NCBI GenBank assembly: GCA_965223905.1
Contig: CBDCXV010000001.1
Span: 1-64,000, forward strand
Origin: Candidatus Latescibacterota bacterium
GTDB lineage: Bacteria; Latescibacterota; UBA2968; UBA8231
DNA: 64,000 nucleotides
Direction: 5' to 3'
The notes beneath the pieces are model-generated. The model saw only the letters and a program-made list of their open reading frames with translations. It made no database searches and was not told the DNA's origin. A program made the position numbers and the translations under genes. Of this stretch, positions 51,940-60,585 are shown one piece after another. Each line of letters begins with the position of its first letter. Position 1 is the first letter of the stretch.

Positions 51940-53016
51940 ATGAATCGCAAAGACACCGATACAGACTGGTTTTCAGTCGAACCCCCTGAGCCGCCCAACC
52001 AGGGGATCATGTTCGTGAATCATGCCAGGGCCGGCCGCAGCGGTCACCTGGGCCATGCCCTGGTCGAGTACGCGCCGGGCAGGATACTGGCCTTCTACGC
52101 CAACTGCTCCGATTTCCAGAAGGGCCACAGCGGCGATGGCTGGATGGAATTCAAGCGCTCCGAGGACGGCGGACGCACCTGGAGCGAGCCGGCCGTTCTC
52201 GAATACTCAAGGCAGACCTACGACCAGGGGGTCGGGCACTCGGTCATGTGCGAAAAGGCGCTGCGGGCGGACGACGGAGCGATTCTCCTGTTCAACCTGG
52301 AGTGCCGCGGCAAGGGCTGGCAGCCGCTGGCGCTTCCGACCTGTCTGCGCAGCACCGATTGCGGTTCCACCTGGGATCCGGCAGGACCCATCGGCGATGA
52401 GCCCGCGCGCATCTGGGATGCAGTTCTTCACGAAGCCTGCATTCTCGTCCTGGAGTTATGCAACGACAGCGCTGTCCATTGGTACGGCAACCTGCCGGAG
52501 CACCATTACGCTCTCCATGTCAGCCAGGACAATGGTCTCACCTTCTCCCGACGCAGCGTCCTTCCCTTCGACGTTCAGGGACGCGGCTACGGGACCATGG
52601 CCACTCTGCCCGACGGCAGGCTCATCGCCTATGTCTACAACATCGATGACGAAAAGCATCTCGACTACGTGACCAGCGACGACGGCGGTTGCACGTGGAG
52701 CTCCGTGCAAACCGCCTTCATGGCCAAGAAAATTCGCAACCCGCAGATGGCGGCGTTCAGGGACGGCTTCGTTCTGCACGGCCGCAGTGGCAACAAGGGC
52801 GAGGGGAGGAATCACTTCGTCCTCTATACCTCGCGGGATGGAGAGAATTGGGACGCCGGCCGTTATCTACGCATGGGCGAAGCGGGCGCCGGCGCCTACT
52901 CCAACAACCTGATCGTCAGAAACCCGGACACAGGGCTGCCTGAAGGATTGCTCATCCAGGCTTCTCACGCCTACGAGCAAAAAATGACCAACGTGCTGCA
53001 TTGGTGGTTGCGATAG
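51940..53016 (+). CDS. BNR/Asp-box sialidase-family protein
   Basis: Asp-boxes SEDGGRTWS, STDCGSTWD, SQDNGLTFS, SDDGGCTWS and SRDGENW. Confidence 0.85.
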   Translation: MNRKDTDTDWFSVEPPEPPNQGIMFVNHARAGRSGHLGHALVEYAPGRILAFYANCSDFQKGHSGDGWMEFKRSEDGGRTWSEPAVLEYSRQTYDQGVGHSVMCEKALRADDGAILLFNLECRGKGWQPLALPTCLRSTDCGSTWDPAGPIGDEPARIWDAVLHEACILVLELCNDSAVHWYGNLPEHHYALHVSQDNGLTFSRRSVLPFDVQGRGYGTMATLPDGRLIAYVYNIDDEKHLDYVTSDDGGCTWSSVQTAFMAKKIRNPQMAAFRDGFVLHGRSGNKGEGRNHFVLYTSRDGENWDAGRYLRMGEAGAGAYSNNLIVRNPDTGLPEGLLIQASHAYEQKMTNVLHWWLR

Positions 53017-53056
53017 TGGCTCTCGTGTGCGCGGCAGTCGCCCCGAGCCCCGGCGT

Positions 53057-53821
53057 CTAGCCCGCCGGCCGTACTCGTGACCGCTGCTCCTCGGTCATGT
53101 CGTCCGCCACTTCGGGGCCGTGGGTTCCGAAGCTCATGAAGCCCGGGGTGTATCGATAGATCAGAGCGCGGCGCTGATGTTCGCCGTTCCACTTCAGGGT
53201 GCCGTGGGTGCAGGCCTCGACGAAGATCACGGCATCGCCCGCCCGGACGTGAATCTCCTTGACCAGCTCCTGGTGTGCTTCGTAGAACTGCAGCGCCTGC
53301 GGCAGGGGGTAATTCGACTTGTGGCCGCCGGGGACGATCGCCAGGCCCCCGTCGCCGGGTCCCTCGTCAGACAGCATGAACTCCACGACGGTCATGCCGC
53401 AGTAGATCTTGCCGTGTTTCCACATGTAGGTCTGGGTGAAGTCGGGCCGCTCAACGCCGCCGCCGTGCAGGTAGTGGCCGGCACATCCGGTCTCAATTGT
53501 CACCAGGTCGGGCCCGACGTTGATGCGCCAGCCGCTTCCGAGGATTTCGGTCAGGTAGGAACTGACGCGCGGGTGCACGAGCAGTTCGCGGAAGGGTTCG
53601 CACCAGGGGGCGTCCCAGGTGAGCATGCCGGACATCCAATGCTGCCGAACCTCGCTCGCCAGCACCTGCGAGTCGCCTTCCAACCGCCGTTCGTGGGGCT
53701 CGAGCTGATCGGCGTGATGATCTATGGCCCGGTTGCACCGCGCCACCTGGTCCGGCGACATCACTTCCGGAAGCACGAGGTAACCGTTCAGGTCGAAGAC
53801 GTACTTCGCGTCGTCGTTCAC
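53057..53821 (-). CDS. PhyH-like dioxygenase
   Basis: YVFDLNGYLVL, LHGG, GGLAIVPGGHK and THGT..W....RR. GTG start overlaps the upstream TGA (alternative ATG at 53833). Confidence 0.85.
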   Translation of the reverse strand: MNDDAKYVFDLNGYLVLPEVMSPDQVARCNRAIDHHADQLEPHERRLEGDSQVLASEVRQHWMSGMLTWDAPWCEPFRELLVHPRVSSYLTEILGSGWRINVGPDLVTIETGCAGHYLHGGGVERPDFTQTYMWKHGKIYCGMTVVEFMLSDEGPGDGGLAIVPGGHKSNYPLPQALQFYEAHQELVKEIHVRAGDAVIFVEACTHGTLKWNGEHQRRALIYRYTPGFMSFGTHGPEVADDMTEEQRSRVRPAG

Positions 53822-54507
53822 TGTCCGCTCCATTCAACTTCGCGCCTTTTTTCCAACCGGCTCGAGACTTCCTTTTCCACATCCTCGTGATCTATCTTGC
53901 CCACCCACTGAGCTACGATCTGACCGTCCCGGTCGAGAAGAAACATTGCAGGAATCGCTTTCACCTTGAACTGATGCCAGGCGGGCGTCTGTTTCGCGTC
54001 AACGAAGATGGGGTATGTAATGTCCATTTTTTCCACCATCTTCTTGATCTTCCTGCCCCGGTCCTTGTCTTCATCTATGGACACACCCAGAACTTCAACC
54101 CCCTTGTCGGAAAAAGCGCTGTAGAGTTGTTGCAACCGGGGCATGGTCTCGAGACAAGGTTTGCACCAGGTCGCCCAGAAATCCACGAGCACGATTTTGC
54201 CGTTCAAATCTCCCAACGCCTTGTCCCCGCCCTCCAGCGTTTCCACGACGAAGGCTGGTGCGGGTCGAGGAAATACCGGCGGTAAATAGGCCGCGGGATC
54301 CAAGTCAAATTCCATTTTACAATCTTCCGAACAAAAGTAGTACATCTTGCCATCATGTTCCGAATGGCCCTTGACCTTTTCCAACTCCGTCTCCCCGGCC
54401 TTCAATGCACAGACACTGCAAAGAGCCTTGTCGGGAATCTGAGCTTCAGCTGCAAGCGAAACCGAACTTGCCAAAACGATCAGAAATGAAAAATTGCAAA
54501 AACGCAT
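53818..54507 (-). CDS. Secreted YHS/TRASH-domain + TlpA-type thiol-disulfide oxidoreductase
   Basis: Signal peptide, CSVC...YYFCSEDCKMEFDLDPAAY (YHS), then DFWATWCKPC...VKAIP (TlpA). RBS GGAGGA. Confidence 0.9.
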   Translation of the reverse strand: MRFCNFSFLIVLASSVSLAAEAQIPDKALCSVCALKAGETELEKVKGHSEHDGKMYYFCSEDCKMEFDLDPAAYLPPVFPRPAPAFVVETLEGGDKALGDLNGKIVLVDFWATWCKPCLETMPRLQQLYSAFSDKGVEVLGVSIDEDKDRGRKIKKMVEKMDITYPIFVDAKQTPAWHQFKVKAIPAMFLLDRDGQIVAQWVGKIDHEDVEKEVSSRLEKRREVEWSGQ

Positions 54508-54519
54508 TGGTCCTCCACA

Positions 54520-55185
54520 CTAGAATCCAAGAGAAAGCGAAACACCGATGGTTTCAAGCCACACATACATCAAACTGACGCCGTATTTTGCGGCGAAAAA
54601 ATTCAGCATCACATGCCCCCGGTCGCCATCGTACATCGGTCGAAATGAAAACCCCTTCCCCAACTCGACCCCCACGCCAAAGGGAACATTTATGCCCCCA
54701 TCCCATTCGGAGTAATTCAAACTGCCGTAAAAAGAAGTGCGCAGCCGGGGTATGTATTTACTTACAGTTGCGAAGTAAGACTGCTCGCCCGCCGGCGAAC
54801 CAATTCGATCCGAGCTCGTGCCCAGAAAGAGCGCCGGACGCGTCTCGGTTTCGGTTAACAGAAACAGCGTAAAAAGAGGTCCTGCCTCTCCTGCTTTTGG
54901 ATTCAGCTCAACCCCGACTTGCAGGCGATGATGCAGGCTGTAATTGGCCGTAAACCGCCACTGCGGACGGTCCATCGACGTATCTACATACCGCCCCGAA
55001 AATGCATATTTCGTATGAATGCCACTCCCCCGGAGCGGTGCGCCTTCGCCAGGTCAGCCCACTCAGGTAGGCGTCATCGAAAACGTCGGCCGTTCACTCC
55101 GCGTAGAATCCGTTTGCGTTTCCTGGGCAAAAACAGGTGAGGTGCCCAGGTATATGGTCAAAAGAAAAAGAGGAAAGTTCATCAT
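54520..55185 (-). CDS. Candidate UxxU di-selenoprotein, outer-membrane beta-barrel-like (221 aa with read-through of two TGA)
   Basis: One frame: signal peptide MMNFPLFLLTIYLGTSPVFA, TGA at 55063-55065 and 55054-55056 (U41-V-G-U44-P), then open into ORF 54520..54975, which ends IGVSLSLGF. Confidence 0.7.
55022..55038 (-). promoter_or_regulatory. Putative bacterial SECIS hairpin
   Basis: mRNA CCGCUCC-GGG-GGAGUGG. The loop starts 22 nt after the second UGA and 31 nt after the first. Confidence 0.5.
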
Positions 55186-55599
55186 CGTGTTCCGTCTGCA
55201 TAGAATGAAGGGTCTATGCATACAAAAAACGTCTCCCGACCCATCACCGCAAACCCTGTGCAACGACCCGCACCTTGCGCGCCCGGCTGCGATCCCGGCC
55301 ACTTCGCCTTCAGATGAATGGGTGCAACGCGGAAAATTGCAACGGCGGTCGGAATTTACCTGGCCAATGCCTCCCGACCGCGATGGAGAGCGCCAAACCC
55401 AGGGCTTTCTGGCTTCCACCCACCGCGCCGGAACCGGTGGACCAGCCCGGCTTCCAGAAGGTACATTCGCACTACCGGGGCAACGAGATGCCGGCCCGAT
55501 TACGGAGTGGATGACTTCGTCGAGAGCTGAGTGATCCGGCGCCTCGCAACCCAACGCAGCGAACATCCCCCCTGCATCGGTAATGCAAAGGAGTGGACT

Positions 55600-55920
55600 A
55601 TGTATTCAACTGGACAGACGTACCAGCTCAAACCCGGCTTCTACGACCAGTACAAGAAAGCCCACGATGAGCTGTGGCCCGAGCTCGCAGAGGCGATGGC
55701 CGCCAAGGGGGTGAACATGGTGATCTACCGGTACGGAGACCGCCTGTTCCTCTACGCCACGGCGCCGTCACGGGAGCATTTCGAGCAGAGTCACGCCGGG
55801 GAAAAAGCCCAGGAATGGCTGGAGTACATGGCGACGATGATGGTCACCGGAGAGGACGGCAAGACCATCGTCGAAGAAATGGAAATGGCCTTTTCGTTCG
55901 GTGCGTTCACGGCTGACTAG
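55600..55920 (+). CDS. L-rhamnose mutarotase family protein
   Basis: LKPG...YKKAHDELWPE and W..YM. RBS AAGGAG. Confidence 0.8.
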   Translation: MYSTGQTYQLKPGFYDQYKKAHDELWPELAEAMAAKGVNMVIYRYGDRLFLYATAPSREHFEQSHAGEKAQEWLEYMATMMVTGEDGKTIVEEMEMAFSFGAFTAD

Positions 55921-56210
55921 TCCCTCTGCATGGCGGGATGGGGGACCTCGAACCCCGATGAAAGATCCGGTGCCGAAGGCGCCACGATCCTGGATGCGGG
56001 ACCGAGTTCGTCGCGATCGAATGCATCGGTGAGCTGCTCCATCCGGGTAGTCCTCAATCTCGGTTGGCACGGCAACACACTCCCTCACTCGGCCTGTATC
56101 GCCAGGACCTGGTCCTGACGTAGCGGAGGAGGTTTGGATTTACCGATATCACCACCCGGGGCGGGCCGGATACCGCTATGACCATCGACTGAACAAAGAG
56201 GAGCAATTCC

Positions 56211-57102
56211 ATGCGTTTGCAAGACAAGGTGGCCCTGATCACCGGGGCGGGCAGTAATATCGGACGGGCCATGGCCCGCTTGTTCGCCCGCGAGGGCGCG
56301 GCGGTAGTGGTCGGCGATACGGACGAGGTCGGAGGCGGCGAAACCGTGCGGCTCATAGAAGCATCCGGAGGTCGGGCATGTTCGGTCGCCGGCGACGTCG
56401 GCACCACGCAGGGGCTGCGTCTGAGCATCGACCGGGCGGTGGAGACCTATGGGCGGCTCGACATATTCCTGAGCAATGCCACTTCCGGGGCCTCGGGCAC
56501 CATTGCCCGGTTCGACAGGGCCGGGGCCGAAAAGCTGTTGATGGTCAACCTCATGGCGCTGATGGAAGGGGCCCACTACTGCCTGCCCCACATGCAGCAG
56601 GCAGGCGGCGGCGCCATTGTCGCCACCTCCTCGGTGCAGGCCCTGGTGGGGGTCCCCGGACATCCTGCCTACGGGGCGGCAAAGGCCGGCATGCTGGGGG
56701 CGGTGCGCAGCATGGCGGTGGAATTGTGGCCCAGCAAGGTGCGAGTCAACGCCGTGTGCCCGGGCAGTGCTTCGGGAAAGACCTGGAACGTGATCGACGA
56801 GTTGGGCGAAGAGTACCTGCCCGAATTCGAGGCGCGCTTTGGCAGGGAGATGCGCCATCTGCCCCTGCCGGTGTCCACCGACCCGATGGCCATTGCCCAG
56901 GCCGCGCTGTTTTTGGCCTCGGACGAAGCCAGCTATATCACCGGCCAGCACCTGTCGGTCGACGCCGGCCTCGCCCTGTTGCACTACAGTGTCTTCCACG
57001 GACCCGAACCGCTCGACACGCCGCAGGCAAAAAGCCGGCGGCAAAGCGAATTGCAAGCGGAATTCGAGGCGTGGTTGGCAGCGAAGAAAGGAAGAACGAT
57101 AA
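56211..57102 (+). CDS. SDR oxidoreductase (FabG-like); stop apparently lost by a 3' frameshift
   Basis: TGAGSNIG, YGAAK, VRVNAVCPG and SYITGQ...VDAG. TAA at 57100-57102 is out of frame, just before the next ATG. Confidence 0.85.
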
Positions 57103-57849
57103 ATGGCGGAGCGGCCCTACGATCCGGTCGTGTGCCGGGTGGAAGCCCTGGCGAGCCGGGACCGAACCGTAGAAACCATCGGGGTGGTCGAGGGCCACCC
57201 GGTTTTCTGCATCCGTGCGGGCTCGCCCCGGCTGCGGGTCCTGCTGACCGGCGGGGTCCACGGCGACGAGCCGGCCGGGGTGGAGGCGGTCCTGGGCTTT
57301 GTCGAAGAGGACATGGACCCCTGGCTCGACCGGGTGGAGTTCACTGCGGTGCCCTGCGTCAATCCCGTGGGGTACGTGCGCGACACCCGCGACAACGGGG
57401 GCGGAGCGGATATCAACCGCTCTTTCGAGAGCACCGATGTGCCCGAAGTGCAACTGGTCAAGAAGTTGCTGGAGGGGAGTCGGCTGGACGCCTTTGTCGA
57501 TTGCCACGAAGACTGGGAGGCCGATGGCTTTTACATGTACGAGGGCCTGCGCCAAGGCTCGGCCATCGGTCCAGCCGTCGTTGCCACAGTTGCAGAGCAT
57601 GCTTCCATCGATCCGGACAGCGGCGAGGACAGTGAGCCCGTGTCCCCGGGCGTGTTCGCGATTTCCCCGTCCTGGGGCCTGGTAGGGCTGGGCCCCTATG
57701 TGTTGCACGGACACGCCTCCCGCGCATGCATCTTTGAAACGCCGACTGAATGGCCGCTGGAAAAACGGGTTGTCGTGCACCGGGTGGGGCTGGACACCGC
57801 CCTGCGCCATTGGACGGGGGAACAGGTGTCTCTACGGACCGAAGAATGA
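57103..57849 (+). CDS. M14-family metallopeptidase / succinylglutamate desuccinylase-like
   Basis: GGVHGDEPAG, NPVG...R.N...DINR, DCHED and FETP. Confidence 0.85.
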   Translation: MAERPYDPVVCRVEALASRDRTVETIGVVEGHPVFCIRAGSPRLRVLLTGGVHGDEPAGVEAVLGFVEEDMDPWLDRVEFTAVPCVNPVGYVRDTRDNGGGADINRSFESTDVPEVQLVKKLLEGSRLDAFVDCHEDWEADGFYMYEGLRQGSAIGPAVVATVAEHASIDPDSGEDSEPVSPGVFAISPSWGLVGLGPYVLHGHASRACIFETPTEWPLEKRVVVHRVGLDTALRHWTGEQVSLRTEE

Positions 57850-58053
57850 AGCGGCGCGTACTGAACGCCCTACCGGCCGCAGTACAAGGGCAAACCCTCT
57901 GTCCCCGATGAAATCCAGCAGCGCCTCTCGCCGCAGGTCCGGGAATTGATCGCCCCGGCCCACTACACGCACGTCAAGGACATCGTCAAGCAGGACGTAG
58001 TGCGGCTCACTTAGCTTTGGGCCGCTGTCCCTGGCCGCCCACCCCAGCCGCTG

Positions 58054-59223
58054 TCAGGACGGACCGCTCGAATCGCGCGCAACCGGCCGCTGATGGCCCG
58101 TCCGGCTCTCCCGGCTCAGTGTAAGCAGCGCGATTTCGGAAGGGACACCGAGCCGCAGCGGGGGACCCCAGTAGCCGGTGCCTCGATGGACGTAGATCCA
58201 GGTGTCGCGAACCTTGTGCAGGCCGGCGACAAAAGGCTGTTGCAGGGGAATTGCGTACTTCCACGGCACGAACTGGCCGCCGTGGGTATGGCCCGACAGC
58301 TGCAGGTGGCAGCCGGCCTGGCTGGCCGCCTCTATGCTGCGCGGCTGGTGCGCGAGCAGGATGCGCACATCGGCACCGTCGCCGGCGGCAAGGGCCTTGG
58401 CCGGGTCCGACGCATGGCCGGAAACCAGCTCGCCGGCGCTGAAGTCGGTCGTGCCGGCCAAGGCGATCCGCCCGCCGCCACGGTCTATCTGGCGAACCTG
58501 GTTTATCAGCACGTCGAACCCGAGGCGGCGTGCCTGCTCCGTCCAGCCCTCCACGCCCGAGTAGTATTCGTGATTGCCGGTGCAGAAATAGGCCCCCAGC
58601 GGCGCGGTGAGTTCGGCCAGGGCAGCCGTGTGGGGGGCGAGTCGTTCGACGGCCCCGTCGGCGAGGTCGCCGGTGAAGGCGATCAGGTCGGGTTGCAGTT
58701 CGTTGACCCGGGCGACAACGCGCTCGACAAAAGGAGCCTTGATGGTCGGGCCGACGTGGAGATCGCTGATCTGGACGATGCGCAGCCCGACCAGCGCGTC
58801 CGGGAGATTGGCGATAGGGACATCGACCCGCCGGACCGCTGGCGTGCGTCGGGCCTGGTAGTAGCCATACCCCCCTGCAACCACGGCCAGAACGAAGGTC
58901 GCCAGGTCGATGCCGGCGTTGAGCGCGGCGTCGACAGGATGGACCAGGCCCAGGACCAATCCCCCGATATCGCGCAGGACCAGGAGGGTCGAGCAGACGG
59001 TGAAAAAGCCCATGCCGAGGTAGGCCACCCAGGCGAGGGGATCCGTCAGCCAGGCCAGATGCGGACGGGACCGCAGGCGAAATAGCAACAAGGGGGCAAA
59101 CAGCAGGAACACCAGCGCCAGAGAGGCACCGACATGTGCGGACGGAGGGAGATAGGGGATTAGCCGCCAGCCCGCATAGCCGTAAATCGAGCCGAGCAGC
59201 GCCAGGAAAATCAGTACAAACAT
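58054..59223 (-). CDS. Membrane-anchored metallophosphoesterase (YkuE-like)
   Basis: N-terminal TM helices, SDLH, GD, GNHEYY, GHTHGGQ and GTGYWGPP. Confidence 0.9.
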   Translation of the reverse strand: MFVLIFLALLGSIYGYAGWRLIPYLPPSAHVGASLALVFLLFAPLLLFRLRSRPHLAWLTDPLAWVAYLGMGFFTVCSTLLVLRDIGGLVLGLVHPVDAALNAGIDLATFVLAVVAGGYGYYQARRTPAVRRVDVPIANLPDALVGLRIVQISDLHVGPTIKAPFVERVVARVNELQPDLIAFTGDLADGAVERLAPHTAALAELTAPLGAYFCTGNHEYYSGVEGWTEQARRLGFDVLINQVRQIDRGGGRIALAGTTDFSAGELVSGHASDPAKALAAGDGADVRILLAHQPRSIEAASQAGCHLQLSGHTHGGQFVPWKYAIPLQQPFVAGLHKVRDTWIYVHRGTGYWGPPLRLGVPSEIALLTLSRESRTGHQRPVARDSSGPS

Positions 59224-59449
59224 GCTATATAGTCTCTGCCAAGGAGGAAGTGCGGCTTTTATTCTAGAGGGAATCCAGGACCCTTTCCAAATCGTCAACC
59301 TCTACGAAATGAAAGGTTTGAGCGCGCTTGGCCTTCCTCGCCGAAGAGTGCGAGGCTGCCCCGACCTTGCAGGTCCAATCCCGTGTCCACCAGCGGCCCC
59401 TGCCCTTCACCCAAGTAGCGCGTTGAGCGCTTGGCAAAGAGAATGACAG

Positions 59450-60424
59450 ATGCAGATCGACGCACCCCGGTTTCCAGAGAGATTCCAGCGATACGCGACC
59501 AAGGAATTCGGCAGAGAAGGGGAGGCCTGGCTTGAGGAACTGCCCTCCATTCTCAGGAGGTGCTGCGACAAGTGGGGCCTGACACTCGGCCGGCCGACCG
59601 GGGAGATCAAGGCCAACTATATCGTCTACGTCGTAACGGGAAATGGAGTGGAGGCGGTTCTCAAGGTGGGGGTCCCGCACGGAGATTTCAGCGCGGAGAT
59701 GGAAGCGCTGGCGATCTATGAGGGCCGTGGGATCAACCGGCTCATCGGCTGCGACAAGGCGCTCAACGCCATGCTGCTCGAACGACTGCGTCCGGGCGAG
59801 ATGCTGGATTCTGTTGAGAACGCACGCGAGCAAACCGAGATTGCGGCGGGTATCCTCCAGGACTTGCACACGACCCCGCCGCCGTCGAACCACACACTGC
59901 CTCACTATATGGATTGGATGCGAGGTGCATTCGCGGACGCCAAGAGCTGCAAGGATCCAGAGAGAGCACGGGGCTGTGTCGAGCAGATTCCCCGAGTTGA
60001 GTCCATGATGGGAATCCTGACGGCCCAGGATGAACCGCAGATACTGCTGCACGGCGACCTCCATCACTGGAACATCCTGTCTGACGCGGACCGCGGCTGG
60101 ATGGCAATCGATCCCAAGGGCGTCATCGGTGCCTCGTGTCTCGACGTCGGCCGGTTCATCAACAACGCGATGGGATTCGGAGAGACCGCAGCGGCGAAGC
60201 GGGAAATCCTGCTCGAGGCGGTGACGGTTTTCAGCGACGTGCTGGGGGAAAACGAGGAGCGGATGTTTGCGGGAGCCTTCTGCGACAGGATCATGGGTTC
60301 ATCGTGGGGACTGAAGCAGAAGCCGGATGAGCACGAGGCGAGCTCTCGAGAGGCGCTCGAAGTGATGGTCGAAGTGGCGAGGGATGTGGATGATCGTCAT
60401 CTGAGATCTCGCGCAGTCGCATAG
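59450..60424 (+). CDS. Aminoglycoside/hydroxyurea phosphotransferase (APH(6)-like)
   Basis: AVLKVG, MLLERL.PG, LLHGDLHHWNIL and AIDPKG. Confidence 0.85.
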   Translation: MQIDAPRFPERFQRYATKEFGREGEAWLEELPSILRRCCDKWGLTLGRPTGEIKANYIVYVVTGNGVEAVLKVGVPHGDFSAEMEALAIYEGRGINRLIGCDKALNAMLLERLRPGEMLDSVENAREQTEIAAGILQDLHTTPPPSNHTLPHYMDWMRGAFADAKSCKDPERARGCVEQIPRVESMMGILTAQDEPQILLHGDLHHWNILSDADRGWMAIDPKGVIGASCLDVGRFINNAMGFGETAAAKREILLEAVTVFSDVLGENEERMFAGAFCDRIMGSSWGLKQKPDEHEASSREALEVMVEVARDVDDRHLRSRAVA

Positions 60425-60585
60425 ACGGCGAGACAGAAGCGCAGATCCAGGATCTCTTTCCACCTCGGAAAACGTCCATATGCGCTTGCACACCAAGTCA
60501 CCCGCGTGGCCCCTGCTTGCACAGATGCCACGCGCGTCCTGCATGGCGGGTCGGGTAATCGAGGCGGACTTGCTCCTGCAGCCCC

